DNA of 64,000 nt from a phage, in assembly GCA_024571205.1 (NCBI GenBank), contig GCA_024571205.1_4523.1; one strand, given 5' to 3'. The position numbers and the translations under genes are program-made. The first letter of the stretch is position 1, and each line of letters starts with the position of its first letter. Positions 1-8,491 of the stretch are shown one piece after another. The notes below the pieces were generated by a model. That model was not told the DNA's origin. It was given only the letters and a program-made list of their open reading frames with translations, and did no database searches.

Positions 1-41
1 AAAAAAAAACCATCGCATCAATTAACGCGAGATGCAAAAAA

Positions 42-1202
42 ATGAATACTTTTAAAATCGGAACGAATTTTGATTTAGCTCTTCTTGATAAAATCGTAGA
101 GCTCAATAAAACCTATCCTAATAGCTTGATAAACGAAGTATATGGCTCTACAAGAGAAATGGCTTTTGTAGCAGCCAGACCTGATTTTAGGCTTCCTGAC
201 GTTGACAAAAAGATGTTAGAAGACTACGTTAAACGTTGTAACGAATTAGGTATTTGCTTTAACTATACACTCAACACGATAAATCCTGGTTCAAAAAGAG
301 AACTAGTTGAGTGGAAGAAGAAAGCTATTCAGGATTATGTTCAGTATCTTTGGTCAATAGGCGTATGGCGTATTACTATCGCTAACCCTGTTGTTATGGA
401 AATTGTTCGTGAAGTCAATAAAGATATTGAGATTGAAGTTTCAACAATTCTACATGTCGATGCTGTAACTCAAATCAAATACTTGCATGACCAATATAAC
501 ATCAAAAAAGTCTGTTGCGGAATTCATAAGAACCGTTCAGTTTCTTTCCTGAAGCGTGCAGCAGAGTTTTGCAATAAGAACAATATAATATTTGAAGTTC
601 TTGTAAATGAGTTCTGTTCTAATGCTGGTAAAGGGTATACAACACATTGTAGCTATCGTGACTCTTGCTATATTTTCCATAGTACTGATGTTACCGCTGA
701 TGATGCTAAATCCTTAAATGGATATCCAATGCAGCACTGTATTAAAGCTCGTGATACAGACCCATTTAACTGGCTGAGAACTCGTTTTGTTCGTCCTCAA
801 GATTTGAAACTTTATAATGATATTGGTATCACTCAATTCAAAGTTTCAGGACGTACAGGTAGCACAGACTACATTTTGAAAGTTCTTGAAGCATACGCTT
901 CTGAAAAGTTTGAAGGTAATTTGTTAGAACTGTGGAAGCCTTTAGAGACTATTTTCACTCTTGAAAATGAGACTGAGTTTTCACATACAGTAAATATTGA
1001 AACCTCTTTGTTAGATGGCTTTTTAGAAAAAAGGTGGTTCAGACATCCAGATTTTGATTGTGCTAATGAAATCTGTGGGTCAACGTGTACATATTGTGAA
1101 AGGTATTATAAACGTCAATTATCTAAAAACGGGTTAGCAGAAAACTCCATATCTATTATTGATATAACTAACTCTGATGACGCTTTGAGGTACCCTGAAT
1201 GA
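42..1202 (+). CDS. U32-family protein (peptidase U32 / Fe-S O2-independent hydroxylase family), 386 aa
   Basis: Long ORF; motifs YTLNT, ITIANPVVMEIVRE, IEIEVST and Cys-rich FEVLVNEFCS..HCS..SCY resemble the U32 TIM-barrel core (recalled E. coli YegQ/TrhP: VVVN..DPGLIMLVRE..EIFVHGALC); C-terminal CGSTCTYC. Only 41 nt upstream are in the window. Confidence 0.55.
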   Translation: MNTFKIGTNFDLALLDKIVELNKTYPNSLINEVYGSTREMAFVAARPDFRLPDVDKKMLEDYVKRCNELGICFNYTLNTINPGSKRELVEWKKKAIQDYVQYLWSIGVWRITIANPVVMEIVREVNKDIEIEVSTILHVDAVTQIKYLHDQYNIKKVCCGIHKNRSVSFLKRAAEFCNKNNIIFEVLVNEFCSNAGKGYTTHCSYRDSCYIFHSTDVTADDAKSLNGYPMQHCIKARDTDPFNWLRTRFVRPQDLKLYNDIGITQFKVSGRTGSTDYILKVLEAYASEKFEGNLLELWKPLETIFTLENETEFSHTVNIETSLLDGFLEKRWFRHPDFDCANEICGSTCTYCERYYKRQLSKNGLAENSISIIDITNSDDALRYPE

Positions 1203-1438
1203 TTTCTAGAAAAAGTTTTAATTATAAACTTAACGAAGAGATTTTGACTATGAAACTGAACACTAACGAACAAATTCTTAAAAAGGCCCTTATGGGCCTG
1301 TTTGAAACCAAAGCGGCTAAAGTGATTAAAGAACCTGTTCAATTGGAATACTACACTGATGCATTCCTTCATAGTGTTCTTGGAAGTATAGATTCTGAAG
1401 CTTTACGTTATATCAACATTGTCAAGAAATTCAAATAA
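1199..1438 (+). CDS. hypothetical protein, 79 aa
   Basis: ATGA start/stop overlap with upstream gene; soluble, no recognisable motif; internal GGCCC-TTAT-GGGCC hairpin at 1285-1298. Confidence 0.45.
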   Translation: MISRKSFNYKLNEEILTMKLNTNEQILKKALMGLFETKAAKVIKEPVQLEYYTDAFLHSVLGSIDSEALRYINIVKKFK

Positions 1439-1453
1439 GCTTTATGAATTGAG

Positions 1454-1480
1454 TATATAATAAATTGTATTGAGGTAAAC
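1454..1480 (+). promoter_or_regulatory. -10-like TATATAAT plus RBS GAGG ahead of the ThyA-like gene
   Basis: tatataat at 1454-1461, gaggtaaac before ATG 1481; no clean -35 seen. Confidence 0.3.
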
Positions 1481-2197
1481 ATGGGAAAACATAACACAAT
1501 GAAATATATCAAAGCCGCAGATTTTCAAACCGCATTTAAAGCAGTCAATCGTGAAATTTTAGAAAACCCCGAATTCGTAACTGATTCTCGTATTGGACGT
1601 TGTAATGAAATTGGGTCTATGACAGTAGTTGTTGACACTCCATCATCATTCAAAATGACCGACCCACGTATTAACCGCATCTCTTATGAATATGCCGAAG
1701 ACTTCTGGAAGTTTATGATTTCTGGTGGTACCAACGCAGAAGAAGCGTTTAAGGCATATCCTAATGTCGCTAAATTTATTTCTAAACCAAAATCAGATGT
1801 TTTGCCGGCGAACTTCAACACTTTCTATGGCCCTCGCATTGCGGCCCAATTACCAACTCTTCTAAAAGAACTTAAAGAAAAACCTAACTCTCGAAGAGTT
1901 GTGTTCCAAATTCTAGAAAGTTCTGATCAGGCTTTGCTTGATTCGGACGAAACACTTGAATATCCATGTACTGACTCAGTAACTTATTATATTCGTGATG
2001 GTAAGCTTTATACCCACTGTCATATGCGTTCTCAGAACTGTGCTGTTGTTATGCAGTTGGATTTTTATCTCCAAGGAAAATTACTTCATTATATCGCTAA
2101 CGAATGCGGTGTAGAAGTTGGTGATTATACTCATACCATGGTAAGCGCCCATGTGTTTGAACGTGATTTTGATTATGTTAAAGGATTCCTTGACTAA
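1481..2197 (+). CDS. ThyA-superfamily deoxypyrimidylate hydroxymethylase-like protein (gene 42 candidate, dCMP hydroxymethylase)
   Basis: 238 aa; NSRR, catalytic-type Cys in EYPCTDSVTYYIRDGK, RSQN and an Asp (QLD) at the position that is Asn in thymidylate synthase and Asp in dCMP hydroxymethylase; sits upstream of uvsX as gene 42 does in T4. Confidence 0.7.
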   Translation: MGKHNTMKYIKAADFQTAFKAVNREILENPEFVTDSRIGRCNEIGSMTVVVDTPSSFKMTDPRINRISYEYAEDFWKFMISGGTNAEEAFKAYPNVAKFISKPKSDVLPANFNTFYGPRIAAQLPTLLKELKEKPNSRRVVFQILESSDQALLDSDETLEYPCTDSVTYYIRDGKLYTHCHMRSQNCAVVMQLDFYLQGKLLHYIANECGVEVGDYTHTMVSAHVFERDFDYVKGFLD

Positions 2198-3096
2198 TGG
2201 CTATTTTCCGCGTACCAATCTTGAGTATGCGGTCTTATGAAACTGGACAGTATGCTATCCTTAAGGATGGCAACTTCCAACTTCATTTGCACCGTGCTAA
2301 TCCGGGTGATGTGATTACATATCCACGTAATGCATCTGATATTAAAGAATGCGAACGTCTTTTCCCAGAATTTAAGTTTGTTCCATTATGGTATAAAGAT
2401 AACGCGTATAACACTCGTAAATATTTCTGGACTGAAAATGAATTTGTGGTTGATTCATTAATTGATTATTATGATTGTGATTTTCTAATCACAGATATCA
2501 CTGGTTATGGCGGCGCTTTTGATGTAGAATTCAATTTCAATATCACTGCAGACCCTAATAAACCACGTTTTTATATTGACGAATTCTTAAAAACCGATAT
2601 GTTGTCAGTTAATCGTTCACTTCAAACTACCGTGTTGAATGAACGTCAAAAAGAAGTGCTGGTTAACGCAGGTGCAGATGGTAATAAGATTATCGTAACT
2701 CAGAAAGTTATACGTCCTTCCATCATGCAGCGTCTTGTAGGTGATTTGGCTCCTATTCATCTAGATGGTATTTTTCATCCATTTCGAATTAGTGACCCAT
2801 GTTATCGTTTTGAACAAGTGGTTGAATGTGCAATTCAATTAGGTCAACCGCTTTATATAACCGATCCAAATAATAGCTTCGACAGAAATAAGTATCCTGA
2901 AGAAGCGCTGATTCGAATTTTTAAACCAACTAAAACTGAGTACTATCAAATTCTTAAAGGACGCCCGAAGATTCAATATTTCGAAAATCCTGAAGAAGTA
3001 TTCCATCCAGGTCTTGGTGAGTTCATCTACTTTAATGCTTTAATTTCTTCACCATATAATATACCTAAATACGAAGATGTCGTAATCGAGGAATAA
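2197..3096 (+). CDS. hypothetical protein, 299 aa (in the slot where T4 has beta-glucosyltransferase)
   Basis: Start overlaps upstream stop (TAATG); no motif recognised. Confidence 0.6.
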   Translation: MAIFRVPILSMRSYETGQYAILKDGNFQLHLHRANPGDVITYPRNASDIKECERLFPEFKFVPLWYKDNAYNTRKYFWTENEFVVDSLIDYYDCDFLITDITGYGGAFDVEFNFNITADPNKPRFYIDEFLKTDMLSVNRSLQTTVLNERQKEVLVNAGADGNKIIVTQKVIRPSIMQRLVGDLAPIHLDGIFHPFRISDPCYRFEQVVECAIQLGQPLYITDPNNSFDRNKYPEEALIRIFKPTKTEYYQILKGRPKIQYFENPEEVFHPGLGEFIYFNALISSPYNIPKYEDVVIEE

Positions 3097-3097
3097 A

Positions 3098-3646
3098 ATG
3101 GCTAAAATTATTTTAGTAGACGGCCCAGATAATGCTGGTAAAACAACTTTCATTAATGACATAATGGAAATTAGTGAAAGATATGTAAAGATTGATTTTC
3201 CTAAACGAACAGTTGATGGACGTTTCGATGTTAAGTCTCGAAATGAAGTTGGCTGTTTCGAAACGATGTTGAATTATTTAGACCCTACTAAGATTTATCT
3301 GTTAGACCGTGGATATATTAGTAACTGGGTTTATGGACGTATTCGGCAAGATGCGGACTCTGTTCTTGATGTTTATGAACAGGACTATGTTCGTCTTTGC
3401 CAAAACCATGATGTGTTCACAATTATTTTAACACGTAATGAAATGACTGAAAGTTTTGAAGACGACCTTATTACTTTGTCTTCATTCGGTTTTAATACAG
3501 TCATTTCACATTTTGAAGAGTTTGCAATTCATAACAAAATCCAAACGTATCAATTACTTAATCATGATGGTGCTAACAAAATTATAGGATTTAATGCAAG
3601 CGAACGTAATGGTTTGATTACAGAAATCATCAAATGGGCTCGTTAA
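3098..3646 (+). CDS. P-loop kinase, thymidylate-kinase-like (nucleotide/nucleoside kinase family)
   Basis: Walker A GPDNAGKTT near N-terminus; LLDRGYISNWVYG resembles the TMPK DRx..S..Y motif; 182 aa. Confidence 0.6.
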   Translation: MAKIILVDGPDNAGKTTFINDIMEISERYVKIDFPKRTVDGRFDVKSRNEVGCFETMLNYLDPTKIYLLDRGYISNWVYGRIRQDADSVLDVYEQDYVRLCQNHDVFTIILTRNEMTESFEDDLITLSSFGFNTVISHFEEFAIHNKIQTYQLLNHDGANKIIGFNASERNGLITEIIKWAR

Positions 3647-3663
3647 GAGCCATTTAAAGTTTT

Positions 3664-3691
3664 AAATGCTGTATAACCCTTAGTATATAAT
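3664..3691 (+). promoter_or_regulatory. possible MotA-dependent middle promoter upstream of uvsX
   Basis: aaaTGCTgtA box about 12 nt upstream of -10 tatataat (3684-3691). Confidence 0.35.
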
Positions 3692-3744
3692 CGTCTTATC
3701 TTTTAAACATGAGTAAAATATAATGATGCCTATGGAAAAATACA

Positions 3745-4917
3745 ATGTCTGATTTAAAATCTCGTCTGATTAAAGCTTCTACTTCTAAAATGACTGCAGA
3801 CTTGACTAAGTCTAAGCTGTTTAATAATCGTGATGAAGTCCCTACTCGTATTCCGATGTTGAATATCGCACTAGGTGGTGCTCTGAATGCAGGATTGCAA
3901 TCAGGCTTAACTATTTTTGCTGCTCCTTCTAAACACTTTAAAACATTGTTTGGGCTGACTATGGTTGCAGCGTATATGAAGAAATATAAAGATGCAATCT
4001 GTTTGTTTTATGACTCGGAATTCGGTGCTTCAGAATCTTATTTTCGTTCAATGGGTGTTGATTTAGACCGTGTAGTTCATACTCCGATTCAATCTGTAGA
4101 ACAACTTAAAGTTGATATGACTAATCAGCTTGACGCTATTGAACGCGGTGATAAAGTTATTATCTTTATCGATTCAATCGGTAATACTGCATCTAAGAAA
4201 GAAACCGAAGATGCATTGAACGAGAAAGTCGTAGGTGATATGTCTCGTGCTAAGGCACTTAAATCTCTGTTCCGTATTGTGACTCCTTATCTGACTATTA
4301 AAGATATTCCGTGTGTTGCAATCAACCATACAGCAATGGAAATCGGCGGACTATATCCTAAAGAGATTATGGGTGGTGGTACAGGTATTCTTTACTCTGC
4401 TAACACTGTATTCTTTATCTCTAAACGTCAGGTTAAAGAAGGTACAGAATTGACCGGTTATGACTTCACGTTGAAAGCAGAAAAATCTCGTACAGTTAAA
4501 GAGAAATCTACTTTCCCAATCACGGTTAATTTTGACGGCGGTATCGATCCATTCAGTGGCTTGTTAGAAATGGCAACTGAAATTGGATTTGTTGTTAAGC
4601 CTAAAGCTGGTTGGTATGCTCGTGAATTCCTTGACGAAGAAACAGGTGAAATGATTCGTGAAGAGAAATCGTGGCGTGCTAAAGCTACTGATTGTGTAGA
4701 ATTCTGGGGACCGTTGTTTAAACACAAACCTTTCCGAGATGCAATTGAAACTAAATATAAACTAGGCGCTATCTCTTCTATTAAAGAAGTTGATGACGCT
4801 GTTAACGACCTTATTAATTGCAAAGCAACAACTAAAGTTCCGGTTAAAGCTTCTGATGCTCCGTCTGCAGCAGATATTGAAAACGACCTTGACGAAATGG
4901 AAGATTTCGATGAATAA
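3745..4917 (+). CDS. uvsX: UvsX RecA-like recombinase
   Basis: 390 aa; RecA-fold ATPase motifs and acidic C-terminal tail; T4 gene order uvsX-40-41. Confidence 0.92.
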   Translation: MSDLKSRLIKASTSKMTADLTKSKLFNNRDEVPTRIPMLNIALGGALNAGLQSGLTIFAAPSKHFKTLFGLTMVAAYMKKYKDAICLFYDSEFGASESYFRSMGVDLDRVVHTPIQSVEQLKVDMTNQLDAIERGDKVIIFIDSIGNTASKKETEDALNEKVVGDMSRAKALKSLFRIVTPYLTIKDIPCVAINHTAMEIGGLYPKEIMGGGTGILYSANTVFFISKRQVKEGTELTGYDFTLKAEKSRTVKEKSTFPITVNFDGGIDPFSGLLEMATEIGFVVKPKAGWYAREFLDEETGEMIREEKSWRAKATDCVEFWGPLFKHKPFRDAIETKYKLGAISSIKEVDDAVNDLINCKATTKVPVKASDAPSAADIENDLDEMEDFDE

Positions 4918-5251
4918 TCTCGATGATTTAAATCTAGAAATCGTTGATGAATCCCCTTCTTCGGAAGGGGAAGACATTCGCAAAGAACGAGTGTTTAATG
5001 AATCTCTTAAAATTATCCGTTCAGCAATGGAAAATGTCATTCAAGAGATTCTGATTACACTTGAAGATGGTTCTCATCATATAGTCTATATTACAAAACT
5101 AGACTGGGTTGATGGTAAAATCGTAATGGACTTTGCAGTTCTTGACCAGGACAGAAAAGCAGAACTTGCACCACATGTTGAAAAATGTGTTACAATGCAA
5201 GTACAACAAGCTTTTAATGAACGGACCAAGAAAAAATTTAAATTCTTTTAA
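4910..5251 (+). CDS. 40: gp40 head vertex assembly protein
   Basis: 113-aa ORF starting MNNLDD, overlaps uvsX stop by 8 nt; position between uvsX and 41. Confidence 0.6.
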   Translation: MNNLDDLNLEIVDESPSSEGEDIRKERVFNESLKIIRSAMENVIQEILITLEDGSHHIVYITKLDWVDGKIVMDFAVLDQDRKAELAPHVEKCVTMQVQQAFNERTKKKFKFF

Positions 5252-5260
5252 GGAGTTATC

Positions 5261-6703
5261 GTGGTAGAAATTATTTTGTCTCATCTAGTATATGACCAGG
5301 CTTATTTTTCTAAGGTCTGGCCTTATATGGATTCTGAGTATTTTGAGCGTGGACCGGCAAAAAATGTCTTTAAAATTATAAAGAGCCACGTTAACGAATA
5401 TAATGCAATGCCATCTATCAATGCATTAAAGGTGGCTTTAGATAACAGTTCTTTAACTGAAGCCGAATATAAAGGAACTTCGGACCTAATTGAAAAATTG
5501 GCTGATACTCCTGAAGACCACGAATGGTTGGTTAAAGAAACTGAGAAATATGTCCAGCAAAAAGCGATGTATAATGCTACATCCAAAATCATTGAGATTC
5601 AGTCTAATGCTGAACTACCTCCAGAACAACGTAACAAGAAAATGCCTGACGTAGGAGCTATTCCTGATATTATGCGTCAAGCACTTTCAATTTCGTTTGA
5701 TAGTTATGTTGGTCATGACTGGATGGAAGACTATGAAGCACGCTGGCTTTCTTATCTAAATAAAGCACGTAAGGTCCCGTTCAAATTAAACATTTTGAAT
5801 AAAATCACCAAAGGCGGTGCAGAAACAGGTACACTGAACGTTTTAATGGCCGGTGTTAACGTTGGTAAATCTTTAGGCCTTTGTTCACTTGCTGCAGATT
5901 ATCTTCAAACAGGACATAATGTTCTTTATATTTCCATGGAAATGGCTGAAGAAGTTTGTGCTAAGCGTATAGATGCAAACATGCTTGACGTATCACTCGA
6001 TGATATCGATGATGGTAATGTATCTTATGCTGAATATAAAGCCAAGATGGAAAAATGGCGTTCAAAATCAACATTAGGACGTTTAGTAGTCAAACAGTAT
6101 CCTACTGGTGGAGCTAATGCTAATACATTCCGTGCATTGCTTAATGAATTGAAACTCAAGAAGAACTTTGTGCCGTCTGTAATCATAGTCGATTACTTAG
6201 GTATTTGTGGGTCTTGTCGTATCAGAGTTTACACTGAAAATAGCTACACATTAGTTAAAGCTATCGCAGAAGAACTTCGTGCATTAGCAGTAGAATCTGA
6301 AACAGTTCTATGGACTGCAGCTCAAGTAGGACGTGCAGCATGGGATGCTTCAGACATGAACATGAGTGATATCGCAGAATCAGCAGGTTTACCAGCAACG
6401 GCAGATTTCATGTTGGCTGTAATTGAAACCGAAGAACTTGCACAAGCTGAACAACAACTTATCAAACAAATCAAATCACGATACGGTGATAAGAATAAGT
6501 GGAACAAGTTCTTGATGGGTGTACGTAAAGGCAATCAGAAATGGGTTGAGATTGAGCAAGAAGGCATGAACACACCTAACACGGTAAATGAAAACGCAGG
6601 TGCTCAGATGCGTCAGGCAGAGGTGAATCGCACGGAACGCGTAGGTAAAGCCAAAGCAACACGGGCGGACCTAGATAGCTTAGCCAATGAGTTAAAATTT
6701 TAA
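5261..6703 (+). CDS. 41: gp41 replicative DNA helicase (DnaB-like)
   Basis: GTG start after RBS AAGGAG; Walker A GVNVGKSLGL; N-terminus MVEIILSHL closely matches T4 gp41. Confidence 0.95.
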   Translation: MVEIILSHLVYDQAYFSKVWPYMDSEYFERGPAKNVFKIIKSHVNEYNAMPSINALKVALDNSSLTEAEYKGTSDLIEKLADTPEDHEWLVKETEKYVQQKAMYNATSKIIEIQSNAELPPEQRNKKMPDVGAIPDIMRQALSISFDSYVGHDWMEDYEARWLSYLNKARKVPFKLNILNKITKGGAETGTLNVLMAGVNVGKSLGLCSLAADYLQTGHNVLYISMEMAEEVCAKRIDANMLDVSLDDIDDGNVSYAEYKAKMEKWRSKSTLGRLVVKQYPTGGANANTFRALLNELKLKKNFVPSVIIVDYLGICGSCRIRVYTENSYTLVKAIAEELRALAVESETVLWTAAQVGRAAWDASDMNMSDIAESAGLPATADFMLAVIETEELAQAEQQLIKQIKSRYGDKNKWNKFLMGVRKGNQKWVEIEQEGMNTPNTVNENAGAQMRQAEVNRTERVGKAKATRADLDSLANELKF

Positions 6704-6706
6704 TAA

Positions 6707-6730
6707 AAAGGAGACTTCGGTCTCCTTTCG
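6707..6730 (+). terminator. intrinsic terminator hairpin (UUCG tetraloop)
   Basis: aaaGGAGACttcgGTCTCCttt directly after gene 41 stop. Confidence 0.6.
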
Positions 6731-6732
6731 GG

Positions 6733-6762
6733 GTTTACATCTTCCTCTAGGCATGATATGAT
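6733..6762 (+). promoter_or_regulatory. T4-early-type promoter
   Basis: GTTTAC at 6733, then tatgat -10 region; about 55 nt upstream of ATG 6792. Confidence 0.5.
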
Positions 6763-6791
6763 GAACTTACACCAACCAAGAGGAAAACATT

Positions 6792-7166
6792 ATGAATATG
6801 TCTCAAGCAATTTTTACTGCAATCACCGAAAACACAACTGTTGAAGTAGTTTCTCCACTGGCAACCTACGTTATTCTTGCTCCTAAAACTATTGTATCTC
6901 GTATGGAAAACATGGGCAAACGTATCGTACAAATAGTTGGAGCTGGAAATCAAAAACTTGATTATCTGCGAACCATCAAAGCTTATGAACATTTCCAACT
7001 CGAAAAAGGTTCTCCTATCCAGGTAGAACTCGTAAATGGTGATATCGTTCGAGCAATGTTCCATCATTTCTATGCATTGAATGACCCATCTAAAGCGGTT
7101 CGTTTAATTGCATACGACGCAAACCAAAACGAAATCAACGCAGATATATCTAAATTACGTTTTTAA
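6792..7166 (+). CDS. hypothetical protein, 124 aa
   Basis: ORF with RBS GAGGAAAA; first gene of the 41-61 variable region. Confidence 0.6.
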   Translation: MNMSQAIFTAITENTTVEVVSPLATYVILAPKTIVSRMENMGKRIVQIVGAGNQKLDYLRTIKAYEHFQLEKGSPIQVELVNGDIVRAMFHHFYALNDPSKAVRLIAYDANQNEINADISKLRF

Positions 7167-7195
7167 GTTTACTTCTCCAGTAGTTGTGTTATTAT
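7167..7195 (+). promoter_or_regulatory. T4-early-type promoter with flanking inverted repeat
   Basis: GTTTAC 7167-7172, 17-nt spacer, tattat 7190-7195; arms ttctccagtagttg (7173-7186) and caactactggagaa (7204-7217). Confidence 0.6.
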
Positions 7196-7221
7196 AGACC
7201 TATCAACTACTGGAGAACAAA

Positions 7222-7539
7222 ATGAAAACCATCGATTGTAAAGCAGAATTTAAGATTTTTTATCACGGTTCAAGTAGTTCAGCTAAAATCGAAAACATGC
7301 TTTGTCCTCCTGAAGAAACAGGAGTTCTGTCTGAAACCGGACGTAAGAAAAACTTGAATCGTGTATTCTTTACTGAAGATATCGGTTTAGCAAAGATTTA
7401 CGCAGGACGAGCAGCACGCTCTTATGGAGGTGAACCACGTCTCTATCGAGTAATTTCTCCGGTAGATGTAGTTCAAATGAATGATACTAAAGGTGCTAGC
7501 GTATACCACGCAACCTGGGCCTTCTGCGAGGAAATATGA
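7222..7539 (+). CDS. hypothetical protein, 105 aa
   Basis: ORF following a promoter; RBS GGAGAAC inside the downstream repeat arm. Confidence 0.6.
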   Translation: MKTIDCKAEFKIFYHGSSSSAKIENMLCPPEETGVLSETGRKKNLNRVFFTEDIGLAKIYAGRAARSYGGEPRLYRVISPVDVVQMNDTKGASVYHATWAFCEEI

Positions 7540-7748
7540 ACATTGTAGTATTTAAACCATCAACATACGAATTTGCATCAACTACACAATGGAAAGCTCT
7601 TATTCAGGAAGGATGGGAACTAATGATGGACTGCGAAGCATCTGAAAAGTTTCCACACGGCAAAGTGGACTTCGTTAAATTTGCTGTACGTCCGACCAAA
7701 CGTCAAATTCGTCAAGAAAAACGCAAATTTCGCAAAAGTTTAAAATAA
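7536..7748 (+). CDS. hypothetical protein, 70 aa, basic C-terminus
   Basis: ATGA overlap with upstream gene; C-terminal RQIRQEKRKFRKSLK. Confidence 0.5.
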   Translation: MNIVVFKPSTYEFASTTQWKALIQEGWELMMDCEASEKFPHGKVDFVKFAVRPTKRQIRQEKRKFRKSLK

Positions 7749-7750
7749 CC

Positions 7751-7780
7751 GTTTACAAGCACCACATACTGTGTTACTAT
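7751..7780 (+). promoter_or_regulatory. T4-early-type promoter
   Basis: GTTTAC 7751, 18-nt spacer, tactat 7775-7780; precedes ATG 7809. Confidence 0.6.
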
Positions 7781-7808
7781 CTTTCTATCAACTACAGAGG
7801 AAATTGAA

Positions 7809-8177
7809 ATGAAAAAATTAATCGCTTTAGCAATGGTATTCGGATTAACTGGATGTGGTGCTCATGGCTTTATTCCTAATAACGTAGGGCAACTGATTTA
7901 CAATCCAAATGTTAAACAGTATGAACAACCTAAAGTTGAAGTGGAAGACCCGGTTACTGTAGGTAATCGAATGATTCAAGCTGATGAACGTGCTCAAAGA
8001 TATCGTGACTCTGATACCGTAGCATTGTCAAAAGAACAACGTGTTCAAGAGCATTGTTTACAGGCCACTGAAATCGCATTTATTCGTTATGTTGAAACAA
8101 CAGGTAAAGAGCCTACTCAGCAACAAATCATGGCTAACTACGTCCAATGTATTGAACGTTTAAACAAATTTAATTAA
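7809..8177 (+). CDS. putative lipoprotein, 122 aa
   Basis: N-terminal signal peptide with lipobox LTGC. Confidence 0.65.
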   Translation: MKKLIALAMVFGLTGCGAHGFIPNNVGQLIYNPNVKQYEQPKVEVEDPVTVGNRMIQADERAQRYRDSDTVALSKEQRVQEHCLQATEIAFIRYVETTGKEPTQQQIMANYVQCIERLNKFN

Positions 8178-8180
8178 TTA

Positions 8181-8210
8181 GTTTACATCCAATTTAAAAC
8201 AAGATACTAT
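8181..8210 (+). promoter_or_regulatory. T4-early-type promoter
   Basis: GTTTAC 8181, 18-nt spacer, tactat 8205-8210; precedes ATG 8239. Confidence 0.6.
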
Positions 8211-8238
8211 AAACATATCAAATCAAGAGGAAATTATC

Positions 8239-8487
8239 ATGGAATTATTAGTAGTTAGTTCAGTAGCAGTTTTGATCGCAGGTATCGGTTCAATTATCAT
8301 TTACATGTTGCCTTGGGTTATCGCACTTATTCGTGGCACCAAAAGCACAACAGCAATCTTCTTCGTATCCTTACTCTTTAACTGGACGATGATTGGATGG
8401 ATTGGAACTTTAATTTGGTCTATCGCAGCAGAAAAGAAATCTGCCCAACAGACACAACAAGTAATTATTATTCGCGAAAAAGAATAA
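8239..8487 (+). CDS. small two-pass membrane protein, superinfection-immunity (Imm)-like
   Basis: 82 aa, two hydrophobic helices; motif YMLPWVIALIRG..IFFVSLLFNWTMIGWIGTLIWS resembles the Imm-type superinfection immunity family pattern as I recall it. Confidence 0.55.
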   Translation: MELLVVSSVAVLIAGIGSIIIYMLPWVIALIRGTKSTTAIFFVSLLFNWTMIGWIGTLIWSIAAEKKSAQQTQQVIIIREKE

Positions 8488-8491
8488 AACA

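Noticed and set aside
1115-1372. Minus-strand 85-aa ORF across the U32-like / 79-aa gene junction
   Set aside because: Antisense to two + strand ORFs, no RBS.
3098-3646. Considered calling the P-loop kinase a shikimate kinase (which would link it to the DAHP synthase) or a TK1-type thymidine kinase
   Set aside because: It lacks the shikimate-kinase DxD and GGG motifs and the TK1 C-terminal zinc-binding cysteines; DRGYIS..Y fits the thymidylate-kinase / deoxynucleoside-kinase family better, so only a generic kinase call is made.
4458-5040. Minus-strand ORFs 4458-4823 and 4762-5040 antisense to uvsX and gene 40
   Set aside because: They lie entirely inside well-supported + strand genes, have low-complexity Ser/Arg-rich translations and no RBS; judged antisense-frame artefacts.
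7222-7539. Possible ADP-ribosyltransferase or NAD-utilising toxin-like fold in the 105-aa protein (FYHGSSS..YAGRA..)
   Set aside because: Only vague motif resemblance; too short and too weak to call without a profile search. Kept as hypothetical.
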